Assembly: GCF_044704955.1 (NCBI RefSeq)
Contig: NC_091995.1
Span: forward strand, 54,994,001 to 55,058,000
DNA from: Pristiophorus japonicus
Taxonomy: Eukaryota
Length of the DNA: 64,000 nucleotides
Reading direction: 5' to 3'
Below the pieces are notes generated by a model. That model did not search any database. It was not told the origin of the DNA and was given only the letters and a program-made list of their open reading frames with translations. A program made the translations under genes and the position numbers. Every line of letters begins with the position of its first letter. Within the stretch, counting starts at the first letter, position 1. This document shows, in pieces, positions 48,240 through 63,200 of this stretch.

Positions 48240-51200
48240 TTACTGTAGTTTAATGACTGTATCCTCACTGGTGTGGTTTATATTTACTGTAATTTAGTGA
48301 CTGAATCCTCATTGGTGTGGTTTAGTGACTGGATCCTCATTGGTGTGGTTTATATTTACCGTAGTTTAGTGACTGGATCCTCACTGGTGTGGTTTATATT
48401 TACTGTAGTTTAATGACTGGATCCTCACTGGTGTGGTTTATATTTACTGAAGTTTAATTACTGTATCCACGCTGGTGTGGTTTATATTTACTGTAGTTGA
48501 GTGACTATTTCCTCACTGGTGTGGTTTATATTTACTGCAGTTTTGTGACCGGATCCTCACTGGTGTGGTTTATATTTACTGCAGTTTAGTGACTGGATCC
48601 TCACTGGTGTGGTTTATATTTACTGTAGTTTAGTGACTGGAGCCTCACTGGTGTGGTTTATATTTACTGTAGTTTAGTGACTGGATCCTCACTGGTGTGG
48701 TTTATATTCACTGTAGTTTAGTGACTGGATCCTCACTGGTGTGGTTTATATTTACTGTAGTTTAGTTACTGTATCCTCACTGGTGTGGTTTATATTTACT
48801 GTAGTTAGTGACTGAAGCCTCACTGGTGTGGTTTATTTTACTGCAGTTTAGTGACTGGATACTCACTGGTGTGGTTTATATTTACTGTAGTTTAGTGACT
48901 GGATACTCAATGGTGTGGTTTATATTTACTGTAGTTTAGTGACTGTAGCCTCACTGGTGTGGTTTATATTTACTGTAGTTTAGTGACTGTATCCTCACTG
49001 GTGTGGTTTATATTTTCTATAGTTTAGTGACTGGATCCTCACTGGGGTGGTTTATATTTACTGTAGTTTAGTGACTGGATCCTCACTGGTGTGGTTTATA
49101 TTTACTGTAGTTTAGTGACTGGATCCTCACTGGTGTGGTTTATATTTACTGTAGTTTAGTGACTGGAGCCTCACTGGTGTGGTTTATATTTACTGTAGTT
49201 TAGTGACTGGAGCCTCACTGGTGTGGTTTATATTTACTGTAGTTTAGTGACTGGAGCCTCACTGGTGTGGTTTATATTTACTGTAGTTTAGTGACTGGAT
49301 CCTCACTGGTGTGGTTTATATTTACTGTAGTTTAGTGACTGGATCCTCACTGGTGTGGATTATATTTACTGTAGTTTAGTGACTGGAGCCTCACTGGTGT
49401 GGTTTATATTTACTGTAGTTTAGTGACTGGAGCCTCACTGGTGTGGTTTATATTTACTGTAGTTTAGTGACTGGATCCTCACTGGTGTGGTTTATATTTA
49501 CTGTAGTTTAGTGACTGGATCCTCACTGGTGTGGTTTATATTTACTGTAGTTTAGTGACTGGATCCTCACTGGTGTGGTTTATATTTACTGTAGTTTAGT
49601 GACTGGAGCCTCACTGGTGTGGTTTATATTTACTATAGTTTAGTAACTGGAGCCTCACTGGTGTGGTTTATATTTACTGTAGTTTAGTGACTGGATCCTC
49701 ACTGGTGTGGTTTATATTTACTGTAGTTTAGTGACGGGATCCTTACTGGTGTGGTTTATATTTATTGTAGTTTAGTGACTGTATCCTCACTGGTGTGGTT
49801 TATATTTACCATAGTTTAGTGACCGGATCCTCACTGGTGCGAGTTATATTTACTGTAGTTCAGTGACTGGATCCTCACTGGTGTGGTTCATATTTACTGT
49901 AGTTTAGTGACTGTATCCTCACTGGTGTGGTTTACATTTACTGAAGTTTAATTACTGTATCCACGCTGGTGAGGTTTATATTTACTGTAATTTAGTGACT
50001 ATTTCCTCACTGGTGTGGTTTATATTTACTGTAGTTCAGTGACTGTATCCTCACTGGTGTGGTTTATATTTACTGTAGTTTAGTGACTGGATCCTCACTG
50101 GTGTGGTTTATATTCACTGTAGTTTAGTGACTGGATCCTCACTGGTGTGGTTTATATTTACTGTAGTTTAGTTACTGTATCCTCACTGGTGTGGTTTATA
50201 TTTACTGTAGTTAGTGACTGAAGCCTCACTGGTGTGGTTTATTTTACTGCAGTTTAGTGACTGGATACTCACTGGTGTGGTTTATATTTACTGTAGTTTA
50301 GTGACTGGATACTCAATGGTGTGGTTTATATTTACTGTAGTTTAGTGACTGTAGCCTCACTGGTGTGGTTTATATTTACTGTAGTTTAGTGACTGTATCC
50401 TCACTGGTGTGGTTTATATTTTCTATAGTTTAGTGACTGGATCCTCACTGGGGTGGTTTATATTTACTGTAGTTTAGTGACTGGATCCTCACTGGTGTGG
50501 TTTATATTTACTGTAGTTTAGTGACTGGATCCTCACTGGTGTGGTTTATATTTACTGTAGTTTAGTGACTGGAGCCTCACTGGTGTGGTTTATATTTACT
50601 GTAGTTTAGTGACTGGAGCCTCACTGGTGTGGTTTATATTTACTGTAGTTTAGTGACTGGAGCCTCACTGGTGTGGTTTATATTTACTGTAGTTTAGTGA
50701 CTGGATCCTCACTGGTGTGGTTTATATTTACTGTAGTTTAGTGACTGGATCCTCACTGGTGTGGATTATATTTACTGTAGTTTAGTGACTGGAGCCTCAC
50801 TGGTGTGGTTTATATTTACTGTAGTTTAGTGACTGGAGCCTCACTGGTGTGGTTTATATTTACTGTAGTTTAGTGACTGGATCCTCACTGGTGTGGTTTA
50901 TATTTACTGTAGTTTAGTGACTGGATCCTCACTGGTGTGGTTTATATTTACTGTAGTTTAGTGACTGGATCCTCACTGGTGTGGTTTATATTTACTGTAG
51001 TTTAGTGACTGGAGCCTCACTGGTGTGGTTTATATTTACTATAGTTTAGTAACTGGAGCCTCACTGGTGTGGTTTATATTTACTGTAGTTTAGTGACTGG
51101 ATCCTCACTGGTGTGGTTTATATTTACTGTAGTTTAGTGACGGGATCCTTACTGGTGTGGTTTATATTTATTGTAGTTTAGTGACTGTATCCTCACTGGT

Positions 51201-54200
51201 GTGGTTTATATTTACCATAGTTTAGTGACCGGATCCTCACTGGTGCGAGTTATATTTACTGTAGTTCAGTGACTGGATCCTCACTGGTGTGGTTCATATT
51301 TACTGTAGTTTAGTGACTGTATCCTCACTGGTGTGGTTTACATTTACTGAAGTTTAATTACTGTATCCACGCTGGTGAGGTTTATATTTACTGTAATTTA
51401 GTGACTATTTCCTCACTGGTGTGGTTTATATTTACTGTAGTTCAGTGACTGTATCCTCACTGGTGTGGTTTATATTTACTGTAGTTTCGTGACTGGATCC
51501 TCACTGGTGTGGTTTATATTTACTGTAATTTAGTGACTATTTACTCACTGGTGTGGTTTATATTTACTGTAGTTCAGTGACTGTGTCCTCACTGGTGTGG
51601 TTTATATTTACTGTAGTTTAGTGACTGTATCCTCACTGGTGTGGTTTATATTTACTGTAGTTTAGTGACTGGATCCTCACTGGTGTGGTTTATATTTACT
51701 GTAGTTTAGTGATTGGATCCTCACTGGTGTGGTTTATATTTACTGTAGTTTAGTGATTGTATCCTCACTGGTGTGGTTTATATTTACTGTAGTTTAGTGA
51801 CTGTATCCTCACTGGTGTGGTTTATATTTACTGTAGTTTAGTGACTGGAGCCTCACTGGTGTGGTTTATATTTACTGTAGTTTAGTGACTGGAGCCTCAC
51901 TGGTGTGGTTTATATTTACTGTAGTTTAGTGACTGGATCCTCACTGGTGTGGTTTATATTTACTGTAGTTTAGTGACTGGATCCTCACTGGTGTGGTTTA
52001 TATTTACTGTAGTTTAGTGACTGGAGCCTCACTGGTGTGGTTTATATTTACTGTAGTTTAGTGACTGGAGCCTCACTGGTGTGGTTTATATTTACTGTAG
52101 TTTAGTGACTGGATCCTCACTGGTGTGGTTTATATTTACTGTAGTTTAGTGACTGGATCCTCACTGGTGTGGTTTATATTTACTGTAGTTTAGTGACTGG
52201 ATCCTCACTGGTGTGGTTTATATTTACTGTAGTTTAGTGACTGGAGCCTCACTGGTGTGGTTTATATTTACTGTAGTTTAGTGACTGGAGCCTCACTGGT
52301 GTGGTTTATATTTACTGTAGTTTAGTGACTGGAACCTCACTGGTGTGGTTTATATTTACTGTAGTTTAGTGACTGTATCCTCACTGGTGTGGTTTACATT
52401 TACTGAAGTTTAATTACTGTATCCATGCTGGTGTGGTTTATATTTACTGTAGTTGAGTGACTATTTCCTCACTGGTGTGGTTTATATTTACTATAGTTTA
52501 GTGACTGGATCCTCACTGGTGCGATTTATATTTACTGTAGTTCAGTGACTGGATCCTCACTGGGGTGGTTTATATTTACTGTAGTTTAGTGACTGGATCC
52601 TCACTGGTGTGGTTTATATTTACTGCAGTTTTGTGACCGGATTCTCACTGGTGTGGTTTATATTTACTGCAGTTTAGTGACAGTATCCTCACTGGTGTGG
52701 TTTATATTTACTGCAGTTTTGTGACTGGATCCTCACCGGTGTGGTTTATATTTACTGTAGTTTAGTGACAGTATCCTCACTGGTGTGGTTTATATTTACA
52801 GTAGTTTAGTGACTGGATTCTCACTCGTGTGCTTTATATTTACTTTAGTTTAGCGACTGGATCTTCACAGGTGTGGTTTATATTCACTGTAGTTTAATGA
52901 CTGTATCCACGCTGGTGTGGTTTATATTTACTGTAATTTAGAGACTATTTCCTCACTGGTGTGGTTTATATTTACTGTAGTTCAGTGACTGTATCCTCAC
53001 TGGTGTGGTTTATATTTACTGTAGTTTCGTGACTGGATCCTCACTGGTGTGGATTATATTTACTGTAATTTAGTGACTATTTACTCACAGGTGTGGTTTA
53101 TATTTACTGTAGTTCAGTGACTGTGTCCTCACTGGTGTGGTTTATATTTACTGTAGTTTAGTGACTGGATCCTCAATGGTGTGGTTTATATTTACTGTAG
53201 TTTAGTGACTGGATCCTCACTGGTGTGGTTTATATTTACTGTAGTTTAGTGATTGTATCCTCACTGGTGTGGTTTATATTTACTGTAGTTTAGTGATTGT
53301 ATCCTCACTGGTGTGGTTTATATTTACTGTAGTTTAGTGATTGTATCCTCACAGGTGTGGTTTATATTTACTGTAGTTTAGTGACTGTACCCTCACTGGT
53401 GTGGTTTATATTTACTGTAGTTTAGTGACTGGATCCTCACTGGTGTGGTTTATATTTACTGTAGTTTAGTGACTGGATCCTCACTGGTGTGGTTTATATT
53501 TACTGTAGTTTAGTGATTGTATCCTCACTGGTGTGGTTTATATTTACTGTAGTTTCGTGATTGCATCCTGACTGGTGTGGTTTATATTTACTATAGTTTA
53601 GTGACTGGATCCTCACTGGTGTGGTTTATATTTACTGTAGTTTAGTGACTGGATCCTCACTGGTGTGGTTTACATTTACTGTAGTTGAGTGAACAGATCC
53701 TCACTGGTGTGGTTTATATTTACTGTTGTTTAGTGACTAGATCCTCACTGGTGTGGTTGAAATTAACTGTAGTTTAGTGACTGGATCCTCACTGGTGTGG
53801 TTTATATTTAGTGCAGTTTGTGGCTGGATCCTCACTGGTGTGGTTTATATTTACTGTAATTTTGTGACTGGATCCTCACTGGTGTGGTTTATATTTACTG
53901 TAGTTTAGTGACTGGATCCTCACTGCTGTGGTTTATATTTACTGTAGTTTAGTGACTGGATCCTCACTGGTATGGTTTATATTTAATGTAGTTTAGTGAC
54001 TGGTTCCTCACTGGGGTGGTTTATATTTACTGTAGTTTAGTGACTGTATCCTCACTGGTGTGGTTTATATTTACTGTAGTTTAGTGACTGGATCCTCACT
54101 GGTGTGGTTTATATTTACTGTAGTTTTGTGACTGGATCCTCACTGGTGTGGTTTATATTTACTGTAGTTTAGTGACTGGATCCTCACTGCTGTGGTTTAT

Positions 54201-57200
54201 ATTTACTGTAGTTTAGTGACTGGATCCTCACTGGTATGGTTTATATTTAATGTAGTTTAGTGACTGGTTCCTCACTGGTGTGGTTTATATTTACTGTAGT
54301 TCATGTGACTGTATCCTCACTGGTATGGTTTACATTTACCGTAGTTTAGTGACTGGATCCTCACTGGTGTGATTTATATTTACTGTAGTTTAGTGACTGG
54401 ATCCTCACTGGTGTGGTATATATTTACTGTAGTTTAGTGCCGAGATCCTCACTGGTATGGTTGATATTTACTGTAGTTTAGTGACTGGATCTTCACTGGT
54501 GCGATTTATATTTACTGTCGTTTAGTGACTATATCCTCACTGGTGTGGTTTATATTTACTGTAGTGTAGTGACTATATCCTCACTGGTGTGGTTTACATT
54601 TACTGTAGTTGAGTGACTAGATCCGCACTGGTGTGGTTGAAATTAACTGTAGTTTAGTGACTGGATCCTCACTGGTGTTGTTGAAATTAACTGTAGTTTA
54701 GTGACTGGATCCTCACTGGTGTGGTTTACATTTACTGTAGTTGAGTGAACAGATCCTCACTGGTGTGGTTTATATTTACTGTAGTTTAGTGACTGGATCC
54801 ACACTGGTGTGGTTTATATTTACTGTAGTCTAGTGACTGTATCCTTACTGGTGTGGTTTATATTTACTGTAGTTTAGTGCCTGCATCCTCACTGGTGTGG
54901 TTTATATTTACTGTCGTTTAGTGACTATATCCTCACTGGTGTGGTTTATATTTACTGCAGTGTAGTGACTGGATCCTCACTGGTGTGGTTTACATTTACT
55001 GTAGTTGAGTGAACAGATCCTCACTGGTGTGGTTTATCTTTACTGTTGTTTAGTGACTAGATCCTCACTGGTGTGGTTGAAATTAACTGTAGTTTAGTGA
55101 CTGGATCCTCACTGGTGTGGTTTATATTTAGTGCAGTTTGTGGCTGGATCCTCACTGGTGTGGTTTATATTTACTGTAGTTTTGTGACTGGATCCTCACT
55201 GGTGTGGTTTATATTTACTGTAGTTTAGTGACTGGATCCTCACTGCTGTGGTTTATATTTACTGTAGTTTAGTGACTGGATCCTCACTGGTATGGTTTAT
55301 ATTTAATGTAGTTTAGTGACTGGTTCCTCACTGGGGTGGTTTATATTTACTGTAGTTTAGTGACTGTATCCTCACTGGTGTGGTTTATATTTACTGTAGT
55401 TTAGTGACTGGATCCTCACTGGTGTGGTTTATATTTACTGTAGTTTAGTGACTGGATCCTCACTGGTGTGGTTTATATTTACTGTAGTTTAGTGACTGGA
55501 TCCTCACTGCTGTGGTTTATATTTACTGTAGTTTAGTGACTGGATCCTCACTGGTATGGTTTATATTTAATGTAGTTTAGTGACTGGTTCCTCACTGGTG
55601 TGATTTATATTTACTGTAGTTCATGTGACTGTATCCTCACTGGTGTGGTTTACATTTACCGTAGTTTAGTGACTGGATCCTCACTGGTGTGATTTATATT
55701 TACTGTAGTTTAGTGACTGGATCCTCACTGGTGTGGTATATATTTACTGTAGTTTAGTGCCTAGATCCTCACTGGTATGGTTGATATTTACTGTAGTTTA
55801 GTGACTATATCCTCACTGGTGTGGTTTATATTTACTGTAGTGTAGTGACTGGATCCTCACTGGTGTGGTTTATATTTACTGTCGTTTAGTGACTATATCC
55901 TCACTGGTGTGGTTTATATTCACTGCAGTGTAGTGACTGGATCCTCACTGGTGTGGTTTACATTTACTGTAGTTGAGTGAACAGATCCTCACTGGTGTGG
56001 TTTATATTTACTGTTGTTTAGTGACTAGATCCTCACTGGTGTGGTTAAAATTAACTGTAGTTTAGTGACTGGATCCTCACTGGTGTGGTTTATATTTAGT
56101 GCAGTTTGTGGCTGGATCCTCACTGGTGTGGTTTATATTTACTGTAATTTTGTGACTGGATCCTCACTGGTGTGGTTTATATTTACTGTAGTTTAGTGAC
56201 TGGATCCTCACTGCTGTGGTTTATATTTACTGTAGTTTAGTGACTGGATCCTCACTGGTATGGTTTATATTTAATGTAGTTTAGTGACTGGATCCTCACT
56301 GCTGTGGTTTATATTTACTGTAGTTTAGTGACTGGATCCTCACTGGTATGGTTTATATTTAATGTAGTTTAGTGACTGGTTCCTCACTGGTGTGGTTTAT
56401 ATTTACTGTAGTTCATGTGACTGTATCCTCACTGGTGTGGTTTACATTTACCGTAGTTTAGTGACTGGATCCTCACTGGTGTGATTTATATTTACTGTAG
56501 TTTAGTGACTGGATCCTCACTGGTGTGGTATATATTTACTGTAGTTTAGTGCCTAGATCCTCACTGGTATGGTTGATATTTACTGTAGTTTAGTGACTGG
56601 ATCTTCACTGGTGTGATTTATATTTACTGTCGTTTAGTGACTATATCCTCACTGGTGTGGTTTATATTTACTGTAGTGTAGTGACTATATCCTCACTGGT
56701 GTGGTTTACATTTACTGTAGTTTAGTGACTAGATCCGCACTGGTGTGGTTGAAATTAACTGTAGTTTAGTGACTGGATCCTCACTGGTGTTGTTGAAATT
56801 AACTGTAGTTTAGTGACTGGATCCTCACTGGTGTGGTTTACATTTACTGTAGTTGAGTGAACAGATCCTCACTGGTGTGGTTTATATTTACTGTAGTTTA
56901 GTGACTGGATCCACACTGGTGTGGTTTATATTTACTGTAGTCTAGTGACTGTATCCTTACTGGTGTGGTTTATATTTACTGTAGTTTAGTGCCTGCATCC
57001 TCACTGGTGTGGTTTATATTTACTGTCGTTTAGTGACTATATCCTCACTGGTGTGGTTTATATTTACTGTAGTGTAGTGACTGGATCCTCACTGGTGTGG
57101 TTTATATTTACTGTCGTTTAGTGACTATATCCTCACTGGTGTGGTTTATATTCACTGCAGTGTAGTGACTGGATCCTCACTGGTGTGGTTTACATTTACT

Positions 57201-60200
57201 GTAGTTGAGTGAACAGATCCTCACTGGTGTGGTTTATATTTACTGTTGTTTAGTGACTAGATCCTCACTGGTGTGGTTGAAATTAACTGTAGTTTAGTGA
57301 CTGGATCCTCACTTTGTGTGGTTTATATTTAGTGTAGTTTGTGGCTGGATCCTCACTGGTGTGGTTTATATTTACTGTAATTTTGTGACTGGATCATCAC
57401 TGGTGTGGTTTATATTTACTGTAGTTTAGTGACTGGATCCTCACTGCTGTGGTTTATATTTACTGTAGTTTAGTGACTGGATCCTCACTGGTATGGTTTA
57501 TATTTAATGTAGTTTAGTGACTGGTTCCTCACTGGGGTGGTTTATATTTACTGTAGTTTAGTGACTGTATCCTCACTGGTGTGGTTTATATTTACTGTAG
57601 TTTAGTGACTGGATCCTCACTGGTGTGGTTTATATTTACTGTAGTTTTGTGACTGGATCCTCACTGGTGTGGTTTATATTTACTGTAGTTTAGTGACTGG
57701 ATCCTCACTGCTGTGGTTTATATTTACTGTAGTTTAGTGACTGGATCCTCACTGGTATGGTTTATATTTAATGTAGTTTAGTGACTGGTTCCTCACTGGT
57801 GTGGTTTATATTTACTGTAGTTCATGTGACTGTATCCTCACTGGTGTGGTTTACATTTACCGTAGTTTAGTGACTGGATCCTCACTGGTGTGATTTATAT
57901 TTACTGTAGTTTAGTGACTGGATCCTCACTGGTGTGGTATATATTTACTGTAGTTTAGTGCCGAGATCCTCACTGGTATGGTTGATATTTACTGTAGTTT
58001 AGTGACTGGATCTTCACTGGTGCGATTTATATTTACTGTCGTTTAGTGACGATATCCTCACTGGTGTGGTTTATATTTACTGTAGTGTAGTGACTATATC
58101 CTCACTGGTGTGGTTTACATTTACTGTAGTTTAGTGACTAGATCCGCACTGGTGTGGTTGAAATTAACTGTAGTTTAGTGACTGGATCCTCACTGGTGTT
58201 GTTGAAATTAACTGTAGTTTAGTGACTGGATCCTCACTGGTGTGGTTTACATTTACTGTAGTTGAGTGAACAGATCCTCACTGGTGTGGTTTATATTTAC
58301 TGTAGTTTAGTGACTGGATCCACACTGGTGTGGTTTATATTTACTGTAGTCTAGTGACTGTATCCTTACTGGTGTGGTTTATATTTACTGTAGTTTAGTG
58401 CCTGCATCCTCACTGGTGTGGTTTATATTTACTGTCGTTTAGTGACTATATCCTCACTGGTGTGGTTTATATTTACTGCAGTGTAGTGACTGGATCCTCA
58501 CTGGTGTGGTTTACATTTACTGTAGTTGAGTGAACAGATCCTCACTGGTGTGGTTTATATTTACTGTTGTTTAGTGACTAGATCCTCACTGGTGTGGTTG
58601 AAATTAACTGTAGTTTAGTGACTGGATCCTCACTGGTGTGGTTTATATTTAGTGCAGTTTGTGGCTGGATCCTCACTGGTGTGGTTTATATTTACTGTAG
58701 TTTTGTGACTGGATCCTCACTGGTGTGGTTTATATTTACTGTAGTTTAGTGACTGGATCCTCACTGCTGTGGTTTATATTTACTGTAGTTTAGTGACTGG
58801 ATCCTCACTGGTATGGTTTATATTTAATGTAGTTTAGTGACTGGTTCCTCACTGGGGTGGTTTATATTTACTGTAGTTTAGTGACTGTATCCTCACTGGT
58901 GTGGTTTATATTTACTGTAGTTTAGTGACTGGATCCTCACTGGTGTGGTTTATATTTACTGTAGTTTAGTGACTGGATCCTCACTGGTGTGGTTTATATT
59001 TACTGTAGTTTAGTGACTGGATCCTCACTGCTGTGGTTTATATTTACTGTAGTTTAGTGACTGGATCCTCACTGGTATGGTTTATATTTAATGTAGTTTA
59101 GTGACTGGTTCCTCACTGGTGTGATTTATATTTACTGTAGTTCATGTGACTGTATCCTCACTGGTGTGGTTTACATTTACCGTAGTTTAGTGACTGGATC
59201 CTCACTGGTGTGATTTATATTTACTGTAGTTTAGTGACTGGATCCTCACTGGTGTGGTATATATTTACTGTAGTTTAGTGCCTAGATCCTCACTGGTATG
59301 GTTGATATTTACTGTAGTTTAGTGACTATATCCTCACTGGTGTGGTTTATATTTACTGTAGTGTAGTGACTGGATCCTCACTGGTGTGGTTTATATTTAC
59401 TGTCGTTTAGTGACTATATCCTCACTGGTGTGGTTTATATTCACTGCAGTGTAGTGACTGGATCCTCACTGGTGTGGTTTACATTTACTGTAGTTGAGTG
59501 AACAGATCCTCACTGGTGTGGTTTATATTTACTGTTGTTTAGTGACTAGATCCTCACTGGTGTGGTTGAAATTAACTGTAGTTTAGTGACTGGATCCTCA
59601 CTGGTGTGGTTTATATTTAGTGCAGTTTGTGGCTGGATCCTCACTGGTGTGGTTTATATTTACTGTAATTTTGTGACTGGATCCTCACTGGTGTGGTTTA
59701 TATTTACTGTAGTTTAGTGACTGGATCCTCACTGCTGTGGTTTATATTTACTGTAGTTTAGTGACTGGATCCTCACTGGTATGGTTTATATTTAATGTAG
59801 TTTAGTGACTGGTTCCTCACTGGGGTGGTTTATATTTACTGTAGTTTAGTGACTGTATCCTCACTGGTGTGGTTTATATTTACTGTAGTTTAGTGACTGG
59901 ATCCTCACTGGTGTGGTTTATATTTACTGTAGTTTAGTGACTGGATCCTCACTGGTGTGGTTTATATTTACTGTAGTTTAGTGACTGGATCCTCACTGCT
60001 GTGGTTTATATTTACTGTAGTTTAGTGACTGGATCCTCACTGGTATGGTTTATATTTAATGTAGTTTAGTGACTGGTTCCTCACTGGTGTGGTTTATATT
60101 TACTGTAGTTCATGTGACTGTATCCTCACTGGTGTGGTTTACATTTACCGTAGTTTAGTGACTGGATCCTCACTGGTGTGATTTATATTTACTGTAGTTT

Positions 60201-63200
60201 AGTGACTGGATCCTCACTGGTGTGGTATATATTTACTGTAGTTTAGTGCCTAGATCCTCACTGGTATGGTTGATATTTACTGTAGTTTAGTGACTGGATC
60301 TTCACTGGTGTGATTTATATTTACTGTCGTTTAGTGACTATATCCTCACTGGTGTGGTTTATATTTACTGTAGTGTAGTGACTATATCCTCACTGGTGTG
60401 GTTTACATTTACTGTAGTTTAGTGACTAGATCCGCACTGGTGTGGTTGAAATTAACTGTAGTTTAGTGACTGGATCCTCACTGGTGTTGTTGAAATTAAC
60501 TGTAGTTTAGTGACTGGATCCTCACTGGTGTGGTTTACATTTACTGTAGTTGAGTGAACAGATCCTCACTGGTGTGGTTTATATTTACTGTAGTTTAGTG
60601 ACTGGATCCACACTGGTGTGGTTTATATTTACTGTAGTCTAGTGACTGTATCCTTACTGGTGTGGTTTATATTTACTGTAGTTTAGTGCCTGCATCCTCA
60701 CTGGTGTGGTTTATATTTACTGTCGTTTAGTGACTATATCCTCACTGGTGTGGTTTATATTTACTGTAGTGTAGTGACTGGATCCTCACTGGTGTGGTTT
60801 ATATTTACTGTCGTTTAGTGACTATATCCTCACTGGTGTGGTTTATATTTACTGCAATGTAGTGACTGGATCCTCACTGGTGTGGTTTACATTTACTGTA
60901 GTTGAGTGAACAGATCCTCACTGGTGTGGTTTATATTTACTGTTGTTTAGTGACTAGATCCTCACTGGTGTGGTTGAAATTAACTGTAGTTTAGTGACTG
61001 GATCCTCACTGGTGTGGTTTATATTTACTGTAGTTTAGTGACTGGATCCTCACTGGTGTGGTTTATATTTACTGTAGTTTTGTGACTGGATCCTCACTGG
61101 TGTGGTTTATATTTACTGTAGTTTAGTGACTGGATCCTCACTGCTGTGGTTTATATTTACTGTAGTTTAGTGACTGGATCCTCACTGGTATGGTTTATAT
61201 TTAATGTAGTTTAGTGACTGGTTCCTCACTGGGGTGGTTTATATTTACTGTAGTTTAGTGACTGTATCCTCACTGGTGTGGTTTATATTTACTGTAGTTT
61301 AGTGACTGGATCCTCACTGGTGTGGTTTATATTTACTGTAGTTTTGTGACTGGATCCTCACTGGTGTGGTTTATATTTACTGTATTTTAGTGACTGGATC
61401 CTCACTGCTGTGGTTTATATTTACTGTAGTTTAGTGACTGGATACTCACTGGTATGGTTTATATTTAATGTAGTTTAGTGACTGGTTCCTCACTGGTGTG
61501 GTTTATATTTACTGTAGTTCATGTGACTGTATCCTCACTGGTGTGGTTTACATTTACCGTAGTTTAGTGACTGGATCCTCACTGGTGTGATTTATATTTA
61601 CTGTAGTTTAGTGACTGGATCCTCACTGGTGTGGTATATATTTACTGTAGTTTAGTGCCTAGATCCTCACTGGTATGGTTGATATTTACTGTAGTTTAGT
61701 GACTGGATCTTCATTGGTGTGATTTATATTTACTGTCGTTTAGTGACTATATCCTCACTGGTGTGGTTTATATTTACTGTAGTGTAGTGACTATATCCTC
61801 ACTGGTGTGGTTTACATTTACTGTAGTTTAGTGACTAGATCCGCACTGGTGTGGTTGAAATTAACTGTAGTTTAGTGACTGGATCCTCACTGGTGTTGTT
61901 GAAATTAACTGTAGTTTAGTGACTGGATCCTCACTGGTGTGGTTTACATTTACTGTAGTTGAGTGAACAGATCCTCACTGGTGTGGTTTATATTTACTGT
62001 AGTTTAGTGACTGGATCCACACTGGTGTGGTTTATATTTACTGTAGTCTAGTGACTGTATCCTTACTGGTGTGGTTTATATTTACTGTAGTTTAGTGCCT
62101 GCATCCTCACTGGTGTGGTTTATATTTACTGTCGTTTAGTGACTATATCCTCACTGGTGTGGTTTATATTTACTGTAGTGTAGTGACTGGATCCTCACTG
62201 GTGTGGTTTATATTTACTGTCGTTTAGTGACTATATCCTCACTGGTGTGGTTTATATTTACTGCAGTGTAGTGACTGGATCCTCACTGGTGTGGTTTACA
62301 TTTACTGTAGTTGAGTGAACAGATCCTCACTGGTGTGGTTTATATTTACTGTAGTTTAGTGACTGGATCCTCACTGGTGAGGTTTATATTTACTGCAGTT
62401 TAGTGACTGGAACCTCAATGGTGTGGTTTATATTTACTATAATTTAGTGACTGGATCCTCACTGGGGTGGTTTATATTTACTGTAGTTTAGTGACTGTAT
62501 CCTCACTGGTGTGGTTTATATTTACTGTAGTTTAGTGACTGTATCCTCACTGGTGTGGTTTATATTTACTGTAGTTTAGTGACTGGATCCTCACTGGTGT
62601 GGTTTATATTTACTGTAGTTTAGTGACTAGATCCTCACTGGTGTGGTTTATATTTACTGTAGTTTAGTGATTGGATCCTTACTGGTGTGGTTTATATTTA
62701 CTGTTTTTTAGTGACTAGATACTCACTGGTGTGGTTTATATTTACAGTTGTTTAGTGATTGGATCCTCACTGCTGTGGTTTATATTTACTGTATTTTAGT
62801 GACTGGATCCTCACTGGTGTGGTTTATATTTACTGTAGTTTAGTGACTGGATCCTCACTGGTGTGGTTTATATTTATTGTAGTTTAGTGACTGTATCCTC
62901 ACTGGTGTGGTTTATATTTACTGTAGTTTAGTGACTGAATGCCCACTGGTGTGGTTTATATTGACTGTAGTTTACTGACTGGATCCTCACTGGTGTGGTT
63001 TATATTTACTATAGTTTAATGAGTGGATCCTCACTGGTGTGGTTTCTATTTTCTGTAGTTTAGTGACTGGATCCTCACTGGTGTGGTTTATATTTACTAT
63101 CGTTTAGTGACTGGATCCTCACTGGTGTGGTTTATATTTACTGTAGTTTAGTGACTGGATCCTCACTGGGATGGTTTATATTTACTATAGTTTAATGACG